From positions 29,015,504 to 29,079,503 of the forward strand of contig OZ037765.1 of the NCBI GenBank assembly GCA_964035545.1: a stretch of 64,000 bases of DNA, written 5' to 3'. Each line of letters opens with the position of its first letter. Within the stretch, counting starts at the first letter, position 1. The stretch is from Bugula neritina. Taxonomy: Eukaryota; Animalia; Bryozoa. A program made the position numbers and the translations under genes. Below are positions 1-12,619 of the stretch, piece by piece. The notes below the pieces were generated by a model. The model was given only the letters and a program-made list of their open reading frames with translations. It did no database searches and had not been told where the DNA came from.

Positions 1-279
1 TCACTGTACTGTCTAGCTTGTCATATAATGTTATAGTTGATTGTTAAGTTTAATGCATGCCTCTTATGAAAATGTGTGGCATTATATCTCAAGTTATCTG
101 CCAGAGAAGGGGGTGTGCCAGCTGGTTTGGATTTTGGCGCCTCCCTTGAAAATGATCACTGTATGAAGCATTCCATATTAATGCTGGGTTGAATGTGAAA
201 CTTTGGCTTTTTCATCTGTATCAAATGTTATTGAATATCTTTGTCTGAAGTTGACAGTTATTAACTTTTTTCTTCTAGC

Positions 280-347
280 ACGTGTCAGCTTTGACCCTCA
301 TATGTGTTAACTTTGATTCTCATATGTGTCAGCTTTGGCCCTCATGT
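280..347. repeat. 22-bp tandem repeat, about 3 degenerate copies
   Basis: Unit approximately TGTCAGCTTTGACCCTCATATG. Confidence 0.6.
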
Positions 348-904
348 GATTTGAGTTCTTTTGATGAGCTGATTGTGTATTCATTTGAAAAGTAGATATT
401 TTATCACTGTCACTGATTATTACAATAAATTATTAGTAAGTGAGAGATTTATTTGTATTGCATCACATACATGTGAGAATGATAATAGTATGTTGATGTA
501 GTGAAATAGAAATGTGATAGCAAAAGCATGTGGAGGGGTATTTGAACTAAGATATTAAGTAGTTAGTAGTTATTGGTTCACTATAATATTTAATTATGAA
601 AAAACTAATATTGCAGCAATATGCAGTAGCATAATAATAGACTGCCTGTAAACTAACCAATGGCACGAGAGTATTGAAAAATTTGCTTTGCTTATCATTT
701 ATTTATCATGTAAACAAAAAGTTGTTTGTAAGGTTAAGTTGCTATTGTTTCTTATTCTTTGACTTTTGGGTTGTTATAAATAGGATTGTTATCATAGAGA
801 TGTCTGTCAATATTGGAGTTATGTTATCTTGACAAGATGACACATTGGAGTTATGCTATCATGTTGTATATTAATTTCCATATAACTGTTGATATGTTTA
901 CCAG

Positions 905-3900
905 ATGTAACGGAATCTGAGATTCTCGACTCCATCTTGCTGCCCAGCTACAAGATATCTCTGGACGCCAAGTACAACAAGGAGTTTGGGTTCAAGGCCG
1001 AACATGAGAATATGAAGACACACTACTTTGCTGCCGGTCACCTCGACAGCCTCAACTGCTGGGTCTCTGCTCTAAGGCTGGCATCTGCTATGCAGCGGGA
1101 CATCTAGTAGGTGTTTCATTTCTCATTCTCCATGTTATGGATACTCACTACTTTGTTCCTCTGCAGGGCTCGGCTACCTACAGTACTGTTGTGTCATCGG
1201 CATTAATACTTACTATATATCTTGCTGTGTATTAAAATAAATTAAGCTAAAAGAAAAAAAATGTCTCATGAAATATATCTATCTAAGTTATAATTATATA
1301 AGTTATATAATGATAGGCTGAGTAGTTTTTAAGTTGATGGAATACTTTGTAGTGCTGAACAAGAATATAACAGAACAGAAGGGGACGGCACCGACTCCCC
1401 CGCAGTCAGCTCCCCGTATCATGATTGTGGCTCCAGAAACAAGGTTCCCACTTCACCACTTTCTCAGCAGACTAAAGGCAGACCCTCGTCACTAGGTTAC
1501 CGCCAGCCTTCCTCTAACACTCGTCAGGCTGAGCCATCTTGGCAGGTCTCCAGTCCCAGTCGCTATGACGCTGACTGGAAGGTGAGAGATGAGCATGATG
1601 CATGGAATAGTAGTGGTTATGTAGAGAGGTCCTATACCCCACCCTTACCAACGTCGTATAACCCTCACTATAACAACTATGACTATCAAGACCAGTCCCT
1701 CAATATTCCTCAGTCACCACCTCCACCTGCCTCGCACTATAGAACTAACAACTATGACTACCACGAGAATGTCGAGTATACCGACTCGTACCACCAATCT
1801 GCTGCTCCCCAAGTCTCCTACCAATCTGACTATGTCAGGGCTAACGGCAGCTCTATGGACTACACTCACCAACCACCATTTGAACCTCCAGCTGTTAGGG
1901 GTCACTCAGTGCTGATGCCGCCATACAATGCTGCCTCTCCACCTGTACATGCATCTGTAGGCAGTAGTGTAGTGCATAGAAATGCTCACCACTATAGTGA
2001 TTCTAGCAATTTACAGCCTGCTTATGATATGCATGCAGAGAATGGCTATCACGACTATAGGGTAATGTATTAATCCTTGTTATATTGCTGTCTTCACACA
2101 CTCTAACATCAACTTGTAACCCATATTGTCTTTTTTTTGTCTCATCAAAGCAGTGGAACTTCATTTACTGCTACTGTTTGGATATTTGGGCTGTTTTAAT
2201 GTTGGCCGCTGGTCAATAGACTATAATTCATCTCTTACTTTATGTTTCAATACACTCACATGTTCATGTAGTGGTGATATTACGGGCAGAAAGTGTAGGT
2301 CTATAGTCTATAGCCGTTATTTCTGCTTGCCAATATAAGCTTGATTGCATACAAATGCTGCCAAAGTTTCTTCTTATTTCAGAAAATTTTATCTATAAAA
2401 ATAGTATAAACATAATCCAAAAATGTCACAGCATAGATTGTTTCTTTCTGCCCGTAATCATAGCGAATAGCATACAAACTCACCATTAACCTCTTGTTAA
2501 TGCATGCAATGTTTCATTACTAATTTGATGTTATAACTCATAGTCATTATTTCGAGTTACCTGCATACAATGTTCACTCTAATGAGTCTTGGGTTGACAG
2601 ATCATACCCAGTGCAAAGCATTGTGAGCTTCAATTGATGATTTAGACTGGTTAATGTAGGAGCAAGGTATTCCTGTTAGAGGGGAACCGAGGACCCCACC
2701 CTCAGTAGTAAGTCCTCCCTGGAAGAGGCCGAATCCTCATATACCTGCATATCGTCCTCCCCACTACGAGAATGTGTCCTCTGCACTAGCTGACTCTCAC
2801 ACAGCCGCCAACTCTGCGGGTCACAGTGGGTTGGGCAGTGCCACACCGCCCCCACCCAGACCTCAGAAACTCTTGTTTGGAAATGCTGCTACTAGTTCTC
2901 GTCTGACAAATGCTGGTGCTAATAGCCAAGTGAGCAGACAGCCGCAGCAGCATGCGCTGCCTCAACCTAACCAGGTGTCTACTGTATTCAGTCCTCAGAA
3001 GTGGAGAGATCAGCTGCAAGCCAAAAGAAATTTTCAAGGCCACAAAGAACCCCTTATATTTCAATTTCCTGTCCCGTATAAACAGCCCAAGTGGCTTGAG
3101 GTACAAATAAGTGTGTCCCCGGTTGAAACTAACACTATTTATATGTAGTCAATGCTAGGGTCTCCGTACTAAATACCTGCTAACACTGTAACCTCTGCTC
3201 TCGTATTGTTGGTGGATGGTAGGAGTGTTCTCATTTTGGCTTGCAGCTTACTCACATTTCTAATTTCTTGACTCATTCGAGTTTTAAGCTTCTGCTTTTA
3301 GTGTCTTTATTCAATAGTAGTTGGTGTGTATTGGCTATTTTTTTTAAAAAGAACAACTTGAGAAATTTTAAATCATGTTAGTTTTTATGATTTGTGCTAT
3401 CTCGAGCTAAGACTATCAAATTTTATAGAAAGTGTACCTAATTTGTTCAATTATATGTATGTATATTGTGTATATTATGTATATTGCTTTTTTATCCTGG
3501 ATGCCAAGCATTGATCATCTTTAAAAGTCTCCTCGTAGTGTGTTTATTTCACACTCTACATATATCTAACTAGTGACCTTCTGTTTAGGGACACTCTAAT
3601 TATCGCCACAGTGCTCCACATGGCATGTCTAGAAATATCAGTAACAACAACTCCAGACCCCTCAGTCAGGACCCCTCCTCCCCTACTAAAGCTGGTATGT
3701 CCTGTTTTATAAGCATTAAGTTAAGATTTTTCACTATCAGCAATGAATCATCTGTAACTTTACTTGCAGAGTGAAAATGGTAAGCTATTCTCTCTCCTCC
3801 ATTTAACGAGTCGGCTTGAAACTTTATGATTATTATTTATTATACTTTATTAAAACAGCCATTAAGCCTTTATAACTCAAGTTCATTGAAATATCTTGTC

Positions 3901-6900
3901 TTCTTAATCTTTTTATGGGAAAATCATGAAACTCATAGATTGGTATTTATCGGTGCAGCCTTGGTAAGAAAATTAAGATGTTTGCCCCAATATTGCGTGT
4001 CCCATGATTTTTTGTAACTTTTTTATTATGTATTACATTGTATACGTACTGTTTTTATTCATTAGAATATAATATAATATAAATCTAAGTTTGTAAATCT
4101 GATTTTGGTAAACATCTAATGAAATCCAAAAGATGTTAATTCTGAAAGCACTAACAGTGTATAGGAAATAGTAAAGTCGATCTAACTTTAATTAGTTGTC
4201 AACCTGGAAGCTCTTCCTTTCATTCATGAAATATTGACATGCCATGTTTAAACCTGAGAGTTATCTTCTCCATGGTAGAGGACTAATTGTGAACATGTCT
4301 ACTTTCAACAGGGCAGCAAGCCATGTTTAAACCTCCCAATAGAGTTATAAATAGAAAGAATCTGACCAGCAATGATCTGATTGGGAAATCTGTAAGTTTA
4401 TTTGTATGACATGTAGTGTACTGTAACATGTAGTGTTTCGAATGTTGAATGTTTTTATATTATATATTTTAGGTTATGTTTCCAATTTATGGGATATTTT
4501 GTAATTAAATAATGTACTTAGTTGTATTTAATTTTATTGAAAGTTCAAAGTTCATTCCTTTTAACTTTTAAAACTCAGTAATAGACCAAACCTGCAATTG
4601 ACTCTTCAAAAAATCAAAGTTTGAGACTAACCAACTGAGCCAATAGCCATAGCTATGTAACACAGAATGCAAAGTCTGCTATACTGCTACAGCATTGTGT
4701 TGTACAAACATACTGCTGAATAAAGAGTTATCCCCCCCGATTCTTGTTTTCTAGCAAGAAGAGTTAACACTACTGCTGATAGAGTTGAGAAGAGAGAAAT
4801 CTCAACTTGACAACGCCCTTAACACTGCATCGGACAGGTTGAGAAAAGCCAAGATGGAGATAGATAGACTACAGTGAGTATGCTAGCTACCAACATGTTT
4901 ATAAATATATGCGATTCAGTATCAGTCATTTTTCTGTCTTCCCTTTACACATCATCACTATACAAATAGTACGTAATACTGGGTTAATATCGGGGGGGGG
5001 GGGGGGAGGCTTGTACTGCTTTTCAGATCCGACAAAAATTGTTTTCCTGCCAGTTCAGATGGGCACACAACTCTAAACTGTTGATTTGATGCTGTCATCT
5101 GCATTTTCGAAGTAGCCTTAAATATCTATGTTACTAATGTACTCTGTTACTAATATGCTCTGTTACTAATGTACTCTGTTACTAATGCACTCTGTTGCTA
5201 ATGTACTCTGTTACTAGTATACTCTGTTACTAGTGTACTCTGTTACTAGTGTACTCTGTTACTAATATACTCTGTTGCTAATATACTCTGTTACTAGTGT
5301 ACTCTGTTACTAGTGTACTCTGTTACTAATGTACTCTGTTACTAATGTACTCTGTTACTAGTGTACTCTGTTACTAGTGTACTCTGTTACTAGTGTACTC
5401 TGTTACTAGTGTACTCTGTTACCAGTGTACTCTGTTACTAGTGTACTCTGTTACTAGTGTACTCTGTTACCAGTGTACTCTGTTACCAGTGTACTCTGTT
5501 ACTAGTGTACTCTGTTACTAGTGTACTCTGTTACTAGTGTACTCTGTTGCTAATATACTCTGTTACTAGTGTACTCTGTTACTAATGTACTCTGTTACTA
5601 TTGTACTCTGTTACTAATGTACTCTGTTACTAATGTGCTCTGTTCTCATTCATAGAAGTAGAAGGATCAGCAGTCTAGCCATACAGAACGATGTAGCTGA
5701 GTTGGAGGAATACATAAAATCCACACAGAAACAACTGGACATTCAAAGACCACTAATACAGCTGATAGACAATATGGTGAAGATGTTGAATGATAGATCA
5801 GCTGACAGAAGTACCAACTCTAACAGTCAGGTTAGTAGTTACAGTACTACAGTGAGGTTAGTAGTTACAGTACTACAGTGAGGTTAGTAGTTACAGTACT
5901 ACAGTGAGGTTAGTAGTTACAGATTATAGTGAGGTTAGTAGTTACAGTACTATAGTCAAGTTAACATTGTCTCTTGAAATCCTGCTGGATATTCTCCATT
6001 AATTGGAACAAAAAAGGGACCTGCTAATTATTGCTTAGCCAATAAATCTCTTTTGCAAGCAATTTTAGAAGTATTTCAGCATTTTAACTGCATTAAATTC
6101 GCACAAAATTAGTATTTCAACAGATACTAGTCCCCAGCAGGTACACCTTTCCATCTGATTAGCTAACTTCTCATTGTGGTGTAGATTTGAATAATGTGTT
6201 GTGTTGTTATGTTGAGTGTTGTGTTATTATGTTGAGTGTTGTGTTTCACATTGTGTGCTACAGACTCACGGGGACAAGCAGAGATTGCTGACGGAGTTCT
6301 CCAGGCGGATTGAGGAGGACAAGCAGGGGGCTCGCGCTGACCCTGCTTTGTTGGAGACGAAGACGCAGCAGCTGAACAGCGTGGAGCAAGACATGGGGAG
6401 ACAAACTGATCTGATCAACATACTCCGGCATCGAATGGTTGGTCTGCCGCGGGACGTGTGTTCTGTAGTGTCTCGGGGTTTATAATGACTCAATATATAT
6501 CAGACTGTGAAATATATATAAATATAAAGAAATACTAAATATATACAAACCTACATATCTAAAGCACACAGATCAGCATATTTATTCTACGCGTAGAGTT
6601 GTGTCACTTGGACATTATAATGATTGTAGAGAAAACTAGAAGATGACCTCGGAAATGTGAACCGTTTGTTAGGGAGGAGTGAACATCCTGTACACAGAGC
6701 CAATCAGCTGCTGGAAGACAAACACAGGGCGGAGTTTGAGCTCTCGCAGGTTTGTTCCTATCCTCTTTCTCTCTTGTTCTCTGCCCTTACTGTTCCCGTC
6801 AGCTGCTTTCAGCTCATTACGTCAGCGGATAGTTTCGCTTCTATAATTTGCAATTCTTTCCTCTTACCTGTTCAACTGGTTATAATACACGCAGGTAAGG

Positions 6901-9900
6901 AAACAGCTCGCCTCAGAATCAGAGAAGATGGAAGGACTCGGTGCTCAAAGTGCAGGTTTGCGCAAAGAAATCACGGCTATAAGATCTCAGATGGCTGCCT
7001 CCTCAGAACGAGACCGTGCTGCCCCTGTAAGACTCATATATTTGTTGTTGAGGAGGTGACAATACCTCTCCCTTACCATACACTCTCTTCAATGATACTC
7101 AGGCTAGCATGTGTGTTGTACATTTATACCGCAGAGCTCTAACAAGATGCTCCAGTCCGACGTACAACATACTCAGAGGGTGATGGAGGGACTGAACAGG
7201 CAGAGTAGGAACCTCAACCAGGCTATGGCCAACGTAAAGCTGCGCAGTGATGCTAACGATTCCAGCCAATCATCTTCCTACTTTGAAACTGACATAGACA
7301 CTATGACCACTAGAGATCTTGCACTGAAGCAGGTAATGCTTAGAGGTTGTTGTTGCTGCTTTTACAGTAGTTGTATTGTATAATACTATAATACTATCTC
7401 TGCATTATGCCTTGTTTTTAGTATTATTGTATGCTGATTATAAGAATTATTCTAATTTCAGCATGGTGGATCTAGAACTATGGCCAACACATCAGGTATG
7501 ATTTCTGGAATCTTATTTTATTTTCCCCTGTGATTGCATACTATCACTTATACTATCATGTATACTATCACGTATATTATCACGTATACTATCACGTATA
7601 CTATTTAGTATACTATCACATATACTATCATGTATACTATCACGTATACTATCATGTATACTATCACGTATACTATCATGTATACTATCATGTATACTAT
7701 CACGTATACTATCACGTATATTATCACGTATACTATCATGTATACTGTATATTTGACTATTGTCTATACTTGTGAGTTGTGTACAGTGCTGAGTGTTTAC
7801 TTCTTTAGCACCTCATCGTTCAAAGCCAACGACAATGAGGGACATGAAAAGAGCTTCTGCATCTCGCCATGAACACCAAAGAGAGGCTGACAAAGGTCAA
7901 CTGCTTCAAGCCGCTCCGGTTTATTTTCACTCATCAACCAATCAAGTGTCTCGTCCTTCAGCAAGGGGCGTGTCCCAGACTTCACCACGACCACAGAAGC
8001 CACGCCCAGTGTCCGCATACGAACCGAGAGAACATCCGTCTCAAAATTTTGAGGTATTGGGGTTACCTACTCAATCTGCTAATCCTGCTCTATTTCCTTT
8101 GCAGCATTTTATCCTGTTTTCATCCAATTTTTCTTAAAACATAACACTTGCTTTTTAGTAAATAGAATTTGTTTTGCAGTATTGTGATAGTAACATTTTG
8201 GGAGTTTCCTTTCGCATGCCTTAAGTCGCCACCCGCTCACTTGGCAGTGCATTCGTGTGCTTCCACTAACCAATAGAAGGGCGGGTAGACAACTTCTAGC
8301 ATGCTGGGAATAGGCTGTAGCTGGGATGGCTAACCAAGGCTTGTTTTACTTATAGCGCTCCAACAGTCACTCCTCATCCAATCCTCCTTACTTAGCAAAT
8401 GCAAATAGTGCCAACAGTACGGAGGGTACTTCTAGGCCCCCGACACCTCCTTGGGCACTGAAGCCTAAGGTTGTCAGGCCTGTCCCACTGAGGGCTAAGG
8501 CTCAGGCCAGGAGAAAAGAGAACCGGGCCAGGTTTATGACCATTTCTAGCAGTCAGCCGGTCCAACTCGAAGCCTTCGGTGTGCAGAATGGGGCCACTTC
8601 TAGTGTAAGCGTTCATCCTTTTCCTTTACCCTCCTTTAGTTGTACATCTCTTGATCTTATACTGTAATGTGCTTTAGCTGTATCAAGTCTGTTGTAAACT
8701 GTTTTATTTCATCTTTTTAACAATAGTTTGTTATGTTCTTATCAATTGCTAAGGTCCATTAGCTCACTGTAGTGTAGTTTTAGTAACCTTTGCTCTCTGA
8801 GCATGTCATTACATAACGTTTCTCAGCATGTTAGAGTTTTCTCTAGAACTAACCTGTAATGCTGCATTTTTCTTTAGTTTAATTCACCTCAAGGCAATCT
8901 TTCGAGAAGTTTTACTGAATTAAATAAGGGGTACACTCACGATGTCATTGACGACCAGGTAGGAGTAACTCCTGGAGTTGTTTTATTGTATCTTTTTACA
9001 CATCTGATTGTTCTAATCTATATGCTATTTTTTATTTATATTTTATCTTTTTTTGCTGTGACTTCTTCAAGGTTTATTGAAAAAAGTTTTCTCTGAGCAA
9101 ATTTACAGAAAAATTCAATTGTTCGTTCATTGAATAGCTATAAGAAAGATGAGGCAAATAGATTTCTGTGGTGAAATGTTTTGTTTATTGTAAATGATTC
9201 CCATCTATTGGTGATGAAATGCTGAATGCTTTGGTGTGCCCAATGTGTATTTACTGAACTAAAGTATGAATCTGGCCTAACGAATTGACAGTACAATGGA
9301 ATCCACTCTTCTGTGTAATGTTTATTGCATATGAAATTCTCCATTACAGAACACACTGGTTGAAATCTGACATGTAAATTTTGCAGTTCTTAGCTCCAGA
9401 GAAGGTCCATATACCAGAGCGGTATGTTCCAGATTCTTCGGATGAAGAGGAAATACTTTCGCCTGAAGAAGTACAAAGAAGGACAGAAAAGGCAGAGCAA
9501 ATTCGAAAGATGGTGGCATCTCAGAGGTGAATAAATGGCATTAACTGTAATCAGCTATTTGTGTTTCTGTTTGATTGGATGTTTACTAACTAAACAAACA
9601 GCAGCACTATCACATTGACCTTCAAATTTTGCTTTTTCGAGCTTCAACTGATACCGACCAAACATACTGAACTGCACTATCTTTCATTAGCTTACATTAA
9701 AGGAGGTGCTTTTTGCTAAGTTATAATATTATAGTTTACATATCCAGGCACTGGCCCTTATCATTAGCTACAGCTGATTTTAGTTTGCCAACCCTGCAAT
9801 TATTAATACAGTTGCCAATGTGGCTGTCACAAGGTGCATGCGTGGAAGAGGCATGGCTTATAATATAATTTTGGCCTGTCAACTTAGACTGGTCTATTAA

Positions 9901-11168
9901 TCAGCGTCATGATAACTCCGTATCAGTCTATTACAGTAATCATTCTTCCCAACTGTACTTATACTAGTGACTGTCTGTTACAGCTCAGCTTATATTTTAT
10001 AGATGTAACTCAATATGCCTAACTGTAGTCTCTAACACTGACGTGCTTAGCATCTGGCATCAGCACCTTAAACTAAACATTGCTTTTGCAGCCACTCAAG
10101 ATATTTGACATTGGTTGATGATCATAAATCAAGTTTTTTCAATTGTATCTGAAGTTCTTGCTGCAGCAGCCATGTTTTAAATGATGCCAGAAACTATGGG
10201 CTTAAACTTGTTTGTTTTGGCTTTTACTTACATGGCTTTCCTTATCAGTTTGCAAGAGTTTAGTCGGTCTGAGATAAATGCAAAAGATAACCGGGTAGTT
10301 CAGAAACTCAATGAAGAAAAGAAAAGGCGGGAAACAGTGTTGGAAATGAGACACGCTATGGCAAAGGAAGTGACTCAGAAAAGTAAGGAGTCACGTGGAG
10401 GTAGGCTTGGATCATGTCAAAGGGAATGGAAGTGCACAACCGCCTATGACTGTCTAACCGCGTGATACCTTTCACTCACCCTCTCCTTGTCTATCTGGTT
10501 ACTGCTGTGTAATCATGCATCTACTAGGCTGTGTGTTTTGATACTGCATCTAGTCAAATAATACAGTGTGACATATTCTAACACAGCAGCTATCCAAGTG
10601 TTATTTAGCTAATGCCGAAACCGAGATACTGCTACGTGTAATATGCACCCTCCTTGCAACTAGATCCTATCCTGGGAACCCAAACCACATAATTGGAGGG
10701 ATGTTGAAAGACTTGATGTGTAAAGTAGTGTTTACGCACCAAGTTGCACAGCATGTATCTGTTAAACTTTTGTTGTGACTTACCACTTCCTTTGGTTTGA
10801 TCTAAGCTATCATCTCACTGCTAACCTGCTTTGCTCTAGTTTTTTTTGTTCATTAGCAGCTTTTTATAAACAGTAGCTGTAGAAAACTGTAGCAGAATAA
10901 CTGGAACAGCTAATAACCAACTTTAATCTTATAGTTTCAACTGTAACAGGTTATAAACCATTTTATTAGCTGCTGCTTCTATTAAACTGTCTACGTTGAT
11001 GCTTGACGAAGTTTTTTCAATGTGTACATCCTTAGGTCATGCTTCATTAAGGAGCCCCAACTTTTTGCAGGCAGCAAAAATGTATGCCTGATAATACGTT
11101 ATGTTGCAGTGCACCAGTTGCGTTCCAAATCGCAAGAGAATCTGTACAGGCCCATAGAGAGTTATTGA
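905..11168 (+). CDS. PLEKHA5/6/7-like pleckstrin-homology and coiled-coil protein, 5'-partial, multi-exon
   Basis: Phase-consistent GT-AG exons: 905-1106, 1353-2061, 2660-3100, 3589-3694, 4312-4391, 4755-4873, 5656-5830, 6264-6437, 6630-6749, 6895-7026, 7135-7332, 7462-7495, 7809-8053, 8356-8604, 8878-8958, 9387-9526, 10249-10400, 11110-11168 (TGA). Contains the PH C-terminal half (ILDSILLPSYKIS...FGFKAEHENMKTHYFAA...WVSALRLAS), an NDLIGKSQEELTLLLIELRR motif, coiled coils, and the PEKVHIPERYVP...LSPEE...KAEQIRK motif typical of the PLEKHA5/6/7 C-terminus. Confidence 0.85.
4580..4650 (-). mobile_element. decayed tRNA-derived SINE-like head
   Basis: Minus strand reads GGCTATTGGCTCAGTTGGTTAG (Pol III A-box-like) followed by a degenerate GCAGGTTTGGTC B-box; no intact cloverleaf. 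Confidence 0.4.
5129..5644. repeat. 16-bp minisatellite, about 32 copies
   Basis: Unit TGTTACTA(G/A)TGTACTC; ends about 11 nt before the AG acceptor at 5654-5655. Confidence 0.95.
5828..5962. repeat. 26-bp minisatellite, about 5 copies, starting at a splice donor
   Basis: Unit GAGGTTAGTAGTTACAGTACTACAGT; the first copy contains the donor CAG|GTTAGT at 5830/5831. Confidence 0.9.
7538..7746. repeat. 12-bp minisatellite, about 17 copies
   Basis: Unit TATACTATCA(C/T)G; source of the spurious YYHV-repeat ORFs. Confidence 0.95.
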
Positions 11169-11738
11169 TGAAAAGGTCACAGTCATACAGAGAAGAGTAC
11201 TGATGGAGCACTACACGCTTGAACAAAACCTGCTTCTATAATGAACAAGAATTACGACATTAGCAGTCAAATCTGCTCAGTATCTATCACTAGCAATATT
11301 ATGATTTAGCTGCTCACATTGAGATTAGTTTGAATCTCCCTGTTCAATACTAGATGTTAAATAAGTGTGTGTTGCCTAGAGATTTCTTTATTGAATTGCT
11401 ATTATTTTAGTTCGATCAAGTATTTTTATTGATATCATGCGCTGCTTTTCTATCTTCGATATTAGGCATGTAGGCTACTATTTTTACATATTTCTATGCA
11501 AGGTAACCTCATTCTTATACTTATACATCGATCGCTGCCTGTAGTTTTTAATATATAGATTCTAGAAGCTGCACTTGTGTTAATCTATTCAATTTTCAAA
11601 CACATACAATGCAGCTACTTCTACTATGTGACTCCCATTTTACAATATGCAATTTGTATTTCCATTCGATCCTGAAATTAGTCGAATTTTATTTTATATT
11701 CACAAATTATCAACAAACCATATGTTTAGTTGCAGCAT

Positions 11739-11751
11739 TTTATTCAATAAA
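11739..11751. terminator. back-to-back poly(A) signals TTTATT-C-AATAAA between convergent genes
   Basis: AATAAA on + at 11746-11751 and on - at 11744-11739, lying between the PLEKHA-like stop (11168) and the ABCG stop (12620). Confidence 0.45.
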
Positions 11752-12619
11752 GTCATATATTTCATTTTTTTAAATTTTTACAAAATTCAACAATATAATA
11801 TGATGATATATAGTGTAATACATAAATATAATATTTATATATCAGTATTGTAATATTATAATATTAGTGCACGGTTACATCTGTTGATGCTATAAACAGT
11901 TGAGTCATAAAAAAGAATGTATATATAATATGTAGATCTATTTATTGCATTGATTTTGTGAAGATTAAGATAACTACATAGTATGAAATATATATATATA
12001 ATTATCACCAGGCCTTGAAGACATTATTATACATACACAATGAAAGACAGCTGGTTAACATACATAAGTTGCAGAAACAAAAGAATAATGCACACTGAGG
12101 AGTATCAAGCAAGCTTGAGAGGGATGTTTGCTCTCAAAATATGATAAACCTAGAATAGAAGAGACACGAAAAGGAATAGCTACAACCATGTGAAAGTAAT
12201 GCCTAAAACTACAAATAAGGAGAAAGACTAAAAGTAAAAAGTTCAACACCTGAAATTAGAATAACATATTTTTGGGGCTGATCCTTTCAATGCATACTAC
12301 ATCAACCTGCATTGTGAAAAGACCTATCGCCTAACTGATATTTTCTAAAAAAATAAAGAATGTTGAACAAGCTATTCAATAACAAAAATAGGCTAATGGA
12401 ATTGGTATTCATATAGGTTGCATAATGATTATTAGAATATCAAAATATAATTGTTCTGGTAATACTGAAGAAAACGAAAAATTTTGTTTGGCCAGTTGCT
12501 ACAGACTTTTGAACATAATGTGATCTTGCATTGATGAAATACAAGGATGGGTTGGTTACTTGATTGACACTAGAACTAAAAATGCAATTCTTGCAAAACA
12601 TGGCAGATGGTAAACTGGG

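Noticed and set aside
1101-1110. Tandem TAG TAG after the PH exon, suggesting a pseudogene or readthrough
   Set aside because: The donor TA|GTAGGT splices in phase to exon 1353 and restores the frame.
3770-3779. Apparent microexon ttgcag|AGTGAAAATG|gtaagc
   Set aside because: 10 nt (or 8 or 39 nt with other acceptors) gives a stop or frameshift; the flanking exons join in phase without it. It could only be a poison exon, which is unsupported.
4992-5006. Poly-G run (others at ~30246, ~40684, ~55272)
   Set aside because: Isolated homopolymers with no shared flanks evident and no functional evidence.
7530-7872. YYHV- and YTI-repeat ORFs
   Set aside because: 12-bp minisatellite in an intron.
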